From positions 14,882,001 to 14,946,000 of the forward strand of contig NC_087263.1 of the NCBI RefSeq assembly GCF_037042905.1: a DNA stretch of 64,000 nt. Direction: 5' to 3'. A program made the position numbers and the translations under genes. This stretch comes from Lytechinus pictus (taxonomy: Eukaryota). Below are positions 50,101 to 63,665 of this stretch, piece by piece; position 1 is the stretch's first letter; every line of letters starts with the position of its first letter. Under the pieces are notes generated by a model. The model made no database searches. It saw only the letters and a program-made list of their open reading frames with translations, and was not told the DNA's origin.

Positions 50101-50646
50101 CGGTATGAGTGGAAATTATTCTTCAGAGACACCATGAGAAATTTATTATTAATGTTAGGAAAATTTCTGTTTATTTTGGGCAAATTTATTAACTGCTGGT
50201 GAGTTCTGAAAGCAAAAACATTCACCGTTAGCTTTAATATTTGCAATAGAGGTGAAATTAATTCTTTGAAGATACCATGGGAAAATTTCTGTTTATTCTA
50301 GGAAAATTTATTAACTGCTTTGGTAAGTTCATTATCAATATGAATCAAAGTAGAAAACTTAGCTAAATAAAAAAATATAAAATATACTTAAAAATATAAC
50401 ATATATCAATAATAAGACATCAACAATTTTGGATTCGCATGTATCAGACATCTCATCTTGTGAAGTTGTGACTGACTTTTAAAGCTCACTAGTATCAAAG
50501 AATATGATTATATACTTTTTGTCTCCCCAACATTAGTAAAACTTTTAACATGTGCATTGTATCATTCAAACATTGTTATCATGGTTATGGTTCATGACAA
50601 ATTACTGAAAAATAAGGCATTTTGATCTGTATTGATCACTCACATG

Positions 50647-51162
50647 CAGAGCTGCCAAGTTGTATTTTGCATTTTCAGTATTCTTATCTCCCAAAATCAG
50701 TATTTTGACAAAAAAAATCAGTATTTATACCGTGTGAGATAAATATTTTGTATTTTTCCCTAAAAAAGTGTATTTCATAATAAAATGCTTGGCGCACTCG
50801 CCCATCACGGCACTCAAGCTGCATGCAAGCTAAAATGTGCACTGCTCTTGCAGATGAAAAAAAAAAAACATTGAAACTTGTGTATATCTCACCCTGGTTT
50901 TTACAAAATGATTGAAAAAAAAACAAGTTACCTGAAATTACATTGATCTAATAACCATATTTGTGTACGTTTCATGAAATAGAGACATATGGAGATGATT
51001 TTTCTCAATAAATTTCGATTTTGAAAAAAAAAAAAAAAAAAAAAAAAAGATTAAAAAAAAAAAAAATACAAAAAACGTATTTTTTAAAGAAAAAACGTAC
51101 TGCCGTATTTTGGTTGCAAAAACATACTAAATACGTAAAAATCGTACTACTTGGCAGCTCTG
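50647..51162. mobile_element. Non-autonomous DNA transposon with 14-bp TIRs and 6-bp TSD
   Basis: CAGAGCTGCCAAGT ... ACTTGGCAGCTCTG; TSD CACATG on both sides. Confidence 0.85.
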
Positions 51163-52119
51163 CACATGACATTAACCAACAGCATTCAATGTTCCTTTTT
51201 CTCATCTTTGCCCTTGCATATTTCTTGCAAGAAAAGGGGTACATTTATTCATGATTCATGCGAGGAATGTTAATGACTAAAATTGTTCTCACGGCATTAA
51301 AGGCTAAAAAATAGAGTTGTATGTTCTTATGGTTGAATAAATGAATGAATACATAGATAAATAAATAAATTAATCTATGGTTGAATAAATAAATTGAATT
51401 GAAATTGAAATACTAATTTATGACTTATCTGTCATAAAATAAACATTCAATGAACTGTGGAAAGGCATTTTGCGATGGCGACAAAACATTTGCTCCGGTC
51501 TTAGAGGGTATCTAGGGCTAGAGTTAGGATTGTAATAGATTTTTTGGTTCGGAATAATGTACAGATAAGGATTAGGGGGTTTATTTGATTTGAGGTTAGA
51601 TTTCATGTTTGGCTTATCATGCAAATTTTACATCGGAGCAATTGTCATGGAACCATTGCAAGAGCATATTTCTGCCTTTAAACGTTTACATTGCCTTTTC
51701 ATAAAAGCCCGAAATAAAGTAAATAAAATAAAATGTTGAGTTCCGAATGATTCTTTACAACTTCTCATACTTCTTGCATATTTTCTTTTCAGCAACGCCA
51801 GCAGCACTTCATAAAGCCCATAATATATCAAAAAGAATGCTCATAGTGTGTTTTATAAAAGATTTTCACAATAAGAAAGGGAGAAAAGGGAGAAAGAAAA
51901 ACAAAATCAATAGATGGGGGTTTCAGACATTCAACAAAGCATTATGAAGTTCCTTTTCATCACAATAGTCTACTGGGAAGGGAAATTCAATATATTGGAT
52001 TTTAAAAACAAGGAAGAATGGAGAGAAGAATGGGGTCGGAGTTTGTGAAGTTTAGAGTTTTGTAGTAAAGCGGAGATGAGTCATCGGGGTTCCTATTGAA
52101 GGGGCGTGCCAGTCAGGTG

Positions 52120-52510
52120 GATCGAGAGAAGGGCAGAAAGGAGGGACACAGCGGATAGTGAAAAGGAGATAGAGACTGTAAGATAGATAGAGAAGAGAGA
52201 GCGAAATACAGAACGACAGAATGGTAGAAGGGAAGGGGGGGGGAGTGAGAAGAGAGGGGGACGGGTAAGGGGAGGGGTGGGTCGAGGGAGAGAGAGGGAG
52301 TGTAGAAAAAGAGTAAGAGGGAGCAGAAAAAGAGAGGGATAACGACAGAAGGCAAAAGAAAGGTATGTGAGAGAAGGGGAGAGAGTGGGGAAGGGAGGAA
52401 GAGATAGTGAAAGATGGGAAAGTAAGGGAGAGAAGAAAAAAAGAAAGGTAGGGGTAAAGAGAGATGGAAAAAGACAAAAAGAAGACAGAAAGCGAGAAGA
52501 GGAGGGGGTA
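52120..52510. repeat. GA-rich polypurine low-complexity tract
   Basis: Direct inspection. Confidence 0.85.
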
Positions 52511-54269
52511 ATAGATGAAAAGTAATTATAAACCAGTATTTTGGTGGGAAAATGCTGTGATTTCGAAAAGAAGTATATATTAAGTAGGGCAGACGCAGCA
52601 CCCATTTCCTCATTTGTTTGAGCTTGCCAAATACCATAGTATGCCCAGCTTTGGCCACTACACTAAGATTCATAAATTTTGTAGCAAATAACATCTCGAG
52701 TGCATCTGAACAAATAGGACGAGTTGGACCCCCAGAAATGGACGGATTGATAAATAAGATTTTAAATGCCAGAAAACCTAAGAGGAGTAAAAACTGAGGA
52801 GCAAGCAGAGAGGGGTTCCCAAAGTTTTTAAATGTGACCCAATCACCCAATCAAACCACAATTACGAATTTCACCTGCTATTTTCTACTTTTCTCCCTTA
52901 AAAACATCATAAAAAACAACCCACCCCACAAAAACCACCAGGACCACAAACAAAAGGCACTTATAAATGTCTACAACCTTAACCAATATAAATGATGGAT
53001 TTGGTTTATGTGGTATTTTACCGTTATTGCCGAAAAACAGTTTTTGGGACAAAAGCAATTATTTTCTGGGCTGATTTTTGCTGCGTGATGACAACATGTC
53101 TGTTGGAAAATTTAATCTGGTTATCTCTGCACCTTAAGTATACAGAACTTTGAATCAATTTTTGAACAAAAAATATAAGATCATTATCTTGCAAATAAAG
53201 TGTGAGAGCTCGGAAATGAGCAAAGAGTATCATCTATCACATAAAGTACAAATTTTCATCACCATCGACATCATCATTATCATCTTTATCATAAATCATA
53301 AATGATACTTCATTTATTTTCAATTATCATTAATACCACTATTATCAATAGTTTCGTCATCATCATAGCTTTCTATCATTGTTTTAACAGCACTACTAGA
53401 AGTGGCAGTGGCAATAAAAGAAGGAAAAAGAGGTATATTTTTTATTTTCTCTATCAACTACAGAATTGATCATATCTACCCCAATGACAACTTGAATTAA
53501 TCAACGTGCCATTGCAAATCTCTAAGCAAGATCAATGTACATAACATAACCAAATATATTTAAAAGATGTAAAGTTGGACAATTCACAATATGGTAAAAA
53601 AGAAACCCCCAGAAGAAAACAAAACAAACAAAACATCCACTCCAACCCATCAGAACAAACCTCAAAAGGGAACGAAAAATTAGAACAAGTGACAAGCCAA
53701 TGACACGCAAAACTAACAGATCCTGGGAACCGAAATGCCAATATTATCCATGCGCCCTCGATGTCAAAACAGAGAAAGGGAAAGACATGAGCATTTCCCA
53801 AGAAACATGGGGGTAATTTGTTAAGCAGGTGACATGAAATAACAATCGATAGTGACAATGCAGAGAAAACCTGTGCGATTGTCAATCACGACTTGAATGG
53901 AAAAGACATTGATTGACACACTTTCAGGGGCATTTCATGAAACTAGCGAATGATCAAAAGTTCAATTTAGGTCCTGATATCAAATTTGTGATTGATTGCA
54001 AAACTTACAATTGGTTGCTGCTGTCCTTCTTGCATACTACACTGAATAACACCAAACTAATGTTTTAAATCTGACACCATTTGGTGTCCCTAAAGGACCA
54101 TACCTGAGGTGTTAACAGTACACCCTAGAGATTGAACAAAACACCAAAGAGTGTAGATGTAACAACCATAGGTGTTTTAATAACACCTACAGCACTCATA
54201 ACGCAAGAGTAAAATGACTCGTGCAGTCCTTTATGTAATCAACACCATAATCTTTGCTGTTTAAACACC

Positions 54270-54525
54270 GGGTCGTGTGGTCCAGTGGTTAGAACATTGG
54301 ACTCATAATCGCAAGGTTGTGAGCTCGAATCTCCACTCTGCCATTGTCTCCACTTTGATTTTTAAAAAAGGCCCAAGAGTAATATCTGTCATCTATAATA
54401 AGGTCAACCATTATGACTGATTAACATAGACATAAAATGTTTCCTAGGTAATTGGTTATATACCAGCTTGGCGTTTACCAGCAAAATGCTGTCCTGCCGA
54501 ATTACTACGGGGGTAACCATAAAAA
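54270..54525 (+). mobile_element. tRNA-derived SINE (different family)
   Basis: gggtcgtgtggtccagtggttagaac...gagctcgaatctc tRNA-like head followed by a non-tRNA body; 3' end approximate. Confidence 0.55.
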
Positions 54526-55024
54526 CAGAAAGACTGATTTGATATTGAAAACATTGATCTATCAATCACAAACTTGCAATAGACAATTGCGATCAATAAT
54601 AAATTGCTGAAAATAGGTTTACTGTAACAGGATATTTCTCTTTTTTGATGGAGTGATAATTGGAATGTTCACATGCAGGTTGAGTTTTGGTATTCAAATC
54701 TTAACTTCGAAGCACTTCATTGCACTTCATTTCGGATTGCTATCCGCTAAAAGACAAAAGTCAGAAATGCACACAGACCGATGCGCATGAGTTTTATGCC
54801 TGCAACATTTAAATTCCCAAGATCGATGCAGGTATTTTTTCATCATCTATATTTGGAAATACCAAATGTCATCATTCCTGGGATGTGATTTGATGTGTGT
54901 TCCAAGGAAAATACTGAAAGTTGTTATGATATAGGTATGTGACCAGATTCTTTTATAGTATTTATGGATGCATATGATCTGTCAAGTGCATAGAGAAATT
55001 GCTCATATATTAAAAAAAAAAAGA

Positions 55025-55077
55025 TTATCATTGACATCATCATCATCATTACCATCATTATCATCATCATTATCATC

Positions 55078-55108
<31 letters not shown>

Positions 55109-55435
55109 TCATCGTCTTCTTCATCATCATCATCACCATCATCGTCTTCTTCATCATCATCATCATCTTCACCACCACCACCACCATCACCATCATCATC
55201 ACCATCACCATCACCATCACCATCACCATCACCATCATCATCATCATCACCATCACCATCACCATCATCATCATCATCATCACCATCACCACCATCATCA
55301 CCACCACCACCACCACCACAACCACCATCATCATCTTCACCACCACCACCACCACCACCATCACCATCATCATCATCATCATCATCATCTTCCTCATCAT
55401 CATTATTATTATTATCATTATCATTATCCTTATCT
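55025..55435. repeat. Compound (CAT/CAC)n microsatellite
   Basis: Direct inspection. Confidence 0.95.
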
Positions 55436-55904
55436 TTATGTTCACTAAACAGGTTTAATACTAACATTCAAATTTTCAGGCATAGATGACGAAATAGCAT
55501 TAAAAGAAAAGAAAGTGGAGACACAAACATATCTGTAGAGTGCTTCATAAAAAGCGCAATATCCTTACTATTCTAAATTTCTGATTATCATCAAACTGGA
55601 CCGACAAGTATAGTATTATATCAAAGTTTCCGACTGACCTAGTAACAAGTAATGTATGCAAATTAAATTCAAGATGTAAGAATCAATGGACAATATTATA
55701 AGGTCCCTCGGAACGGAGCGTCTATATTTTATTAGCTTTCTAATGGTCCAGGAGGGAATAAATGGTGGGAAAAATTGACAAAATTCACCCCTGGGCTCTC
55801 TGAAGTGCGACAAAACTCTGCCAAGTTCATTGGAAGAGCAAGGTCAAAGTCACAACCGAGGAACGACCTCAAGATAATATTCATTCTTCTAAAGCAATCA
55901 GTTG

Positions 55905-56350
55905 CAGTCAATCAGTGCTGAACGCTTTACAGAAGTGATTGCCAAGATTTGCTTTGTGGCAGAAGGGGGTAAGTCATTGTTTCTTAAAAAACAACCAGTG
56001 GCAGTGAATCAGTGCTGAACGCATTTCAGAAGTGATTGCGAGGGGATGGTTAGTGGCAGAAGGGTGTAAGTCATTGTCTCTATAAAAATGATTGGTTTAA
56101 ATCAGTGCTGCATACACACAGAGGAGATTGCTAGGGTCTGCTAGAGGAGTGCAAGTCATTGTCTCTCTCTTTAAAAAAAAGGTTTACATTGGTACTGAAC
56201 ACATTACAGAGGACATGATAGGATCCACTTAGTGGCATAAGGGCATAGGTCATTGTCTACTACTTATGAATTGGTTAAAATTGGTGCTGAATGCATTAAA
56301 GAAGAGATTGCTGGGATCTGCTTAGCAGCAAAAGGCTGTAAGTCAGTGTC
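55905..56350. repeat. Degenerate ~90-bp tandem repeat (about 5 units)
   Basis: Recurring aatcagtgctgaac..cagaagtgattgc..gtggcagaaggg.gtaagtcattgt. Confidence 0.75.
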
Positions 56351-57419
56351 CCTACATCTTCTAGCAATGACAGTCTTAATGTATTGGGAAATATGTACAG
56401 CACAGGTTAATCATGTACTAAAGTTATTACAAACGTCAAACAGTATTCTCTTTCATTTCAACCATATCTCCAAAATGAAATCTACATCCTGAAGGGGAGG
56501 GGCATGTTTGCACACATTTTCTTGTACCTTTCTGTTTCAATGTACACATTGAAATATCCTCCTATCTAGAGCAAGCAAGAAGTGCCCGTGGCATGTTCTC
56601 TATCTTGCCATGAAACGTAAACCGGTGTGCAAATTTAAGACAGTGCAAACGATATGTCTGGTTTAAGGGCCCTATTCACACAGATGGAATATACCATTCT
56701 GTTTGGAATGGAACCCATAATTGAAAGGTTCTGAATGAAAACAAATGTACCTAAAATCCTTTTTAAATCTAAAGTTACATTGAATTAAATCTTTCTGAGG
56801 GATAGAGAAAGAATAGATGAAGTGAAAAGGAATTGCATATTTTAGTTCAATACAATGTTTTACACCATCGAACTTCAAAATTATCTGTATTGAAATCCAT
56901 CATGATTTTATTCTCTGGGAGAGCACCATTATTAATTGTAATCCCTTCTTTCTTAACGAATCTTGTGGACTTAATTATGACAATAATCACAATCAATAAT
57001 CCAAGTCTGCATGTTAGATTCCAACCATGTTCATATAAATGATTTCACATTAACACAGCCGTTCAATATCAAGTTTAACTTTCCATGTGAACAGCCCCAT
57101 ACACCCGATACAGCCCCATGCACACACAACAGGGTTCTCATTTGTACAGCTGGGAATGCATGAATGTATCCTAATCCTTTTCCTTCTCTCTGGATCTACC
57201 CATTCATCCATTCACAGATATAAGAGAGAGAATCCAGTCTGACAACCCCTTTTAGAAAGCCGCTGTTCCGTTTCAGGTTCCATATTTCTATCCCACTTGT
57301 CTATCCAGGGGCTGACTTGACACAGACATTGAACGAAATTAAACATGGGGTAAAGACACTCATCCACCACAAAAATCTGTGTAATTTGATGTAATTGTAT
57401 ACATTATAAATCTATACAT

Positions 57420-57890
57420 GTGTTTGATGCAATTTTAAATTACCATCCCCAAGACAGTTAAACAGAGGCCAAAGCATCCCTTTAGTTAAGCTAGGACAGC
57501 GATCAATTTTAAATCACCTAATCAATCGCAAATCTTGAATTCAACGGGTCAATATCATACGGATGCAATTTGTAAGTGACCATCCCCAAAAGGTTTAATA
57601 TAGGCCCAACCCCCCATCACTCAGTGAAGTTCAAAGTTCGATTGTAAAGGAGCTATCACTTGTAATCAATCGCAATGGGTCAATATCATACTGATGTAAT
57701 CTGAAATTACCATCCCCCAAACGTTTAAAAACAGGCCAAAATGTCTTCTCCTTAACAGGTCAGAAATCAGTTTAAGAGCAGCAATCGATTGTACCCAATC
57801 ACAACTCCTTAATACAACGAATCAATATCATACTGATGCAATTTGAAAGTAACCATCCCCAAAAGGGGTTTGATATATAGGCCAAGCCGT
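57420..57890. repeat. Degenerate ~135-bp tandem repeat (4 units)
   Basis: Recurring accatccccaa..aggccaa..tcaatatcatac.gatgcaatt. Confidence 0.75.
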
Positions 57891-58347
57891 CAAGATATTA
57901 AATGGTTGAACATATCGGATAGCGGCTACCAGACCACTTGACAAGCACATCGGAAGGTATCATTGCATCCTCCAAGTTTGTCCGTCTCGTCAAAGATTTC
58001 GGTCCCAGACAAGAATCCTTCGGAAAACCAATTAGTTACTTGGACATCAAACAATCATAGGCGTATGTTATGCACTATATGCAGCCATCCATGCAGCATT
58101 GCCGATTGCGTATCTCCATATTTCTCTCTCTCAATCTTTCTCTATCTCTCCTCTCGCACAATATTACAAGCTAGATCTCTTTGATTATTTCTTAATCCAT
58201 CTTTTTCTTCATATTAAGATCATCTACATGCATCAATCTGTCTGCATATCCATCCATGTATCTATCCATATCATCTAGAGATTCTCAGAGCTAAAACCTT
58301 GCCGCTTCTTTCATGCCAGGCTTTCATGTCTCCATTCAAGTCCGACC

Positions 58348-59092
58348 CAATTCTCGCTACCCCAAATAGGAACAAAAATCTCATAATGCGCGAGACGAGA
58401 TAATTTTCACTCCGTCGGGTCGTCATCACCACTTCCGGTTTAGAGTCATGCTCGCGCGAGGTTCGCGATACTGAATTTTCCACCACGCTGAAATCGATGC
58501 CAATCAGCGTAATATGTACAGAGTATAATACTTTTTATTACATTTGGTCAGTTTTGATTCCATTTGAATTATAAATAAAAAAAAAAAATATATTTCACGT
58601 GAAAAAAATTTTTATTCATGTTTTTATTTGGTTATAAAAAATCAAACAAATAATGAATATCTTAAAATTTTGCATTTAGCGACCGGCCTGACATCACGAT
58701 CGTATTCACCTAGACGCTAAATATATACAGCATTCATTTCGTTCAATTTTTTGTCGACCACAAAATGAATAGAAATCAGTTTCGGAACTTAAAAAAATCT
58801 TAACTGACAGATGAATACCGTGCAATGGAAAGCGTCGGGCAGAATTAGTGACTTTAGCAGAAAAGGCTGTAAAACTGTATCGTGAAAGAGAGGGTTGTGA
58901 TCACGAACTTTCCGAGCGAAAGCGACGTTGTGTTGTTGTGCATGACGGCACTGTTGATCTGAATGGCAAAACAGTGCATTGGACTTCCGAACAGGAAGTT
59001 GTAATACCGAAAAAGCTATCCCATAATGCAATGCATGTTACAGGGATTTTCCCGGATCTCGGCGAAATCGCTATTTGGGGTAGCGAGAATTG
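58348..59092. mobile_element. 745-bp non-autonomous DNA transposon with perfect 22-bp TIRs
   Basis: CAATTCTCGCTACCCCAAATAG / CTATTTGGGGTAGCGAGAATTG; CpG-rich interior; no clear TSD. Confidence 0.8.
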
Positions 59093-61391
59093 AACATTTC
59101 ACTTATTTAGTACTGTATAGTTCATAATCTAACATTTAAAGAATTGACCCTAGAATAAACAACATTTCAGTACAGTAGGACATCGCAGACAAGGTCAGGT
59201 TTTCAACTTTGCCATAAGAATCAACACTTTGATTGTGCGCCAACGGAAAGACAAAACAAGAAATATTAAACTCAAATAAACATACAAACACTTGCACAGT
59301 CATAAAGGCCCTACTTGTGTCCAAAAGAGTTTATTTTTTTACTTCTTACACCTTATCCCCAATTCCAACCACTGTCCCTTTCAATTATTCTCTTTTAATA
59401 TCTTTGACACCTTGCCCTTGCAAACAAATATGCTAGAAAACTTTTGCAGACTTTTATAACCTTCTTGCGCCCTTCATCTCATTTCGTCAGCCAGTAAGTC
59501 CATGGTCAAAGTGATATCCATCTGTTTTCTTCCAGATGGATATTCACCCAATAAAATTTGTAAAACATAATGCCTGCTTTGCTGGTCACTGACTCCTGGT
59601 CCCTGCCAACAAGAAGGTTCTTAAAGGCTGTGTATCATTAACGGAAAAAGGACGTCCATCGTCCGTGAAAGATCGTCCGAACAACACCGCCCTTGTATGT
59701 GGCGGCCTGGTGGCTGACGAGGGTGGGAAAATGTCTGATAAAGTCTTTCTTGCTTTGATTGCTCATCAGTAAATCACATTGGTAACGCTCCATGTACAAA
59801 AATTTTTTAGCCATTAGCCATTTTCAGCTTGCCACTATATAATGATGACTGTTGACGTCCAGTACAGCAATTGTATACTTTTCCCAAGTCCAAGTTCATA
59901 TGGGTGTTATTTACAATATAAAAGAACTTCTACTTTTCATCAGATACTCTAAATACTTGCATTAGAAAATAGCTTGCAAGCATTTGATTTTGTTTAAAAC
60001 ATACAGATAACATCGGCAAGCCTGCCTGATCAGCGGCTAGTCGGCAAGTACAGACCCTGACTAAACTTGAACAAATGGGTCATGAGACAAGACTAGTCTG
60101 CACATGAGTCCTACACTGGGTGTTTAGGCTACATATTCAGCCACTCTCCTTGCATGAAAGGTGTGTGCATAGCAACCAATCACTGACTGCTATAATGATC
60201 CCTGTATTTCTTTTTTTTTCTGCACTTGCATTTCGTCTGAAAACCGTTAGAGATGAGACAGACCCTCTTACTTATAAGCTTATTAATTGATCTCTTCTGA
60301 TCCTGTCTAATCCCTTAATTCAACTATCAATATCTGATCCCTTTAAAAGGGGCACTCACTGGCCACCATGGAGCCCCCCCTGTCGTAATCACCTGGCGCC
60401 TGCGACAAAGGATGGGGCGGGATTAGGCTGGGCGCGATGGGGGTATGATGGTTCAGCGGGACAGCGCTTAAGCCAATATTTCCAGTCTTTCACATTAATA
60501 AATGGATCACTGGAGCTTTACGGAAATTAGGGGCAAAGCTGTATTATTATTTACAGCATGTTTGCAAACAGATGACAATAGCTCCTCAGCTGAAATTGCA
60601 GGGAATGATTAAATATTCATGACTGTTCATTGGTTTTAATGCCCACTTTAATGAAAGATAAATTTATTTTGATACCTCAGGAGTGGAGGTAAGTTGACAG
60701 TTACTTCGCTATGATTAATCTTAAGATCGAGGGTAGGAGATGTTTATTTTCTAATGTGAATTTTCTAATACAAACATCTGAGCTATAAAAATAACACCAT
60801 CATCTTGTAATGTGGGATGATTATATACCCCCATCACATTCACTGCCAAAAGGGTATTAAATCCGGATCAAATCCGGATCGATTGATTTACACCTGATTT
60901 CCAGTACTCAATCAAGGCCTAATGGCATAGGATGCTTGGAAGAAAGAGGAAAAAGAGGCAGGGGTGGTTTTTCAAGGTGGGAATCAAGATAAACATTTTT
61001 GAATGGCAATAAGTTGACGGCATTTGAATTAACTTTCGGCCTGCATCAAACTGCAAACCCAACCCAAATTCCAAAGCAGGATACAGATCTATGTATCAAA
61101 TAAAGTTTAGAATGTGAACAGTTATACCATTCACATTGGTTTTAGATCTGCACAGGTTTAATGAGGGTTGGATCAAGATTTACCCCCCTTATCCAGTTTA
61201 ATATAAAAGGGGTATCTGCATGAGAGAGAGTTGTTTACTTTCTAATGTGTTTTTCAAAAGGCTCCCATGGGATATACAGCATCACTTTGAATAATCCACT
61301 GACATTTAGACAGAAAATAATACAATCAAAACCCCTGAAATGGTGGAAATGTCAACTGAAATGAGAGAAAATGGTAATAAAAACAACAACA

Positions 61392-61543
61392 GGGCCCCGT
61401 TGCATAGAAGACAAGTTAACTTTGCCATCCGATGGTAACTTGCATGGAATCCTTGATTCTGATTGGCTGTTGATCAGCATTACCATGGTAGTTACCATTG
61501 GATGGCAAAGTTACCATAATAGTAACTTTTATGTAATGGGTCC
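61392..61543. mobile_element. Short MITE (gttaccat/ggtaac repeats, CCAAT core)
   Basis: gggccccgttgcata ... tatgtaatgggtcc termini; internal tgattggctg. Confidence 0.65.
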
Positions 61544-63081
61544 AGGAGTGGTAGAAATGTAGTATATTTGTTACTTATTCGCTTGCGTCTATTACAAAGG
61601 CAAACATTTTAACATTAGCTTGCATCATTACAATCCTTTACCATCCACATAATGTTATATTATTTCATATGACATTCCAGTATTCCATAACTTCAATATT
61701 TGTCGAAAAGTACCTTTTAGTAGCTGTTTATAAGTGATGTTGATGTCTCATACATATAAGGTCTATAGCCTCAAAAGAAAATCGATCGATGCTGAATCAA
61801 TCAACTTATGACAATTCAATTAAAGAAGAAAAAAAGATCCCTTCCCGAAAAGACCACCACAGGGAGGTCTCCTAAAGAATGCTAGTGCCACTCTACAGGT
61901 GTTTAATGTTTAATGCAACAAAGAAATAATAACACAGAAAAAAACACTTTAAAAAGGAGATAGATGCATAAACAGAAATCTGCCATCCTATTCCTTATAC
62001 ATCACACATATTTCTCTTTGATAAAACTTTCCAGGATGGCCCTCGCGAATTCCCAAATTCCCAGACATTATTCCATCAGATTAATTTTCTTTTACAGCCT
62101 CTTGAAGTTTCAATCGAGCATTGTAAAGATGATCAGTGGTCAACACCTGAGTGGTCAATACGTGGGGATGTATTGGTCAGTTGGTCTGTATTGACCAATT
62201 GATCGCTGCCTGGGTGGTCAATGCAATTGTGTTTTGGATCATACTGAAGCAGCGACAGCAAGAAAATAAGAAAATAACACTGCTCAAATGATGGGATGGT
62301 AGGGTTAACAAATAATTGATTTATATGGCATCTTTTAATGAAATATAAAGGTAAGTAATAAACAGCATCCTCTGTAAGTCACTTGAAATTTCTGTTGTTA
62401 TCGAATATAACAAACAAACAAACAACCTAGATGCCATAGGAAAAAAAAACCTACAAGCCGCTTTGCCACAACTTTAGCAGGTTCACAATAAACTTTGATA
62501 ATTACTCATTAGTTAAAAACCATTATGATAAAGTTTTTTTTAAATATGTTTTTCATGGCTGTATGAATTGGCATAAAATAAGGAAGTTATAACGATTAAG
62601 CTATCAAAAGAGGCCTTTCACAATCGATTGTGAAAACTATTTGCAACCGCAATATATTGTAACCAAAATGGTCACAAAAAATAACAAGACTTTTTGTGAA
62701 CCCCCCCCCCCCCCCGTAGAAGCTGTATGACCACGACGCCGCTGCAACTATTCCGTCCCTCCATGCATGTATACAATGTCAAGCAAATGCGCACGCCATG
62801 TACCGTTTTAGAAAATTCGCTCGATAAGGGCCCCTAAATTTTCTGCATGGCTGTTCAAGCACAAGAATTACATATCAATTAACGGGAGGCAAGGCGGACA
62901 TATTGGCTTCTTGTGGCTTAGGGTGTAATGGTGCATTAATTCAGGCACAGGTGGGTTTACCTGCGTATTTACTTGTAAATGAGGCATGGCAGAGACTTGT
63001 TACTTGCACGGTATGATGAAAGGAAAAGTTACAATATATTTGCATCAGATGTTTTCATGGAAAATCCAGACAAACATTTAA

Positions 63082-63665
63082 AGGAGAATGAAACTCTTGG
63101 AGCAAGTTAGCTTTTGTGAAAGCAGAAAAATCAAAGAATAAGATCAACAAAAGTTTGAGTAAAATAGGACTAGCAATAGAAGAGTTATGAGCATTTGAAT
63201 GTCGAGATCACTAATGCTATGGAGATCCTCCCATTGGCAATGCGACCAAGATCTATGATGTCACAGATGAACAACTCTCCCCTTTTGGACACTGAAAATA
63301 TACCCCAAAACATCTCTTTTTGCTCATTCTAATCATATGACAAACGATTCATCAATGATATAATGTTGTGAAACCTCCGTACTTGTCCTCTCATAAAGAA
63401 AACACCTCACCTTGTGATAGACTCTATAAAAGTGAGAACATAAGTGAAATAAGTACTAAAGTAATGAGGGAGTTGTACGTGTGTGACATCGCAGATCTTG
63501 GTCGCATTGCCAATGGGAGGATCTACATGGCATTAGTGATCTCAATATTCAAATGCTCATAACTTTCTCATTATTCATTCAATCTTCCTCAAACTTTCAA
63601 CAATATGTTTGTTTGATTTTTCTCTTTGATATGGATTCAGCTGGTTTCAAGGGTTTCATTCTCCT
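63082..63665. mobile_element. TTAA-flanked (Kolobok-like) non-autonomous element with long imperfect TIRs
   Basis: TTAA|AGGAGAATGAAAC ... GTTTCATTCTCCT|TTAA; inverted arms of about 190 bp including gatcctcccattggcaatgcgaccaagatct. Confidence 0.85.

Noticed and set aside
52052..52850. 141-245 aa Leu/Ser/Pro/Phe-rich ORFs
   Set aside because: Derived from the stop-poor CT-rich low-complexity strand of a GA tract
54924..55489. Poly-Ser/Pro, poly-Met and poly-Asp ORFs
   Set aside because: Microsatellite artefact
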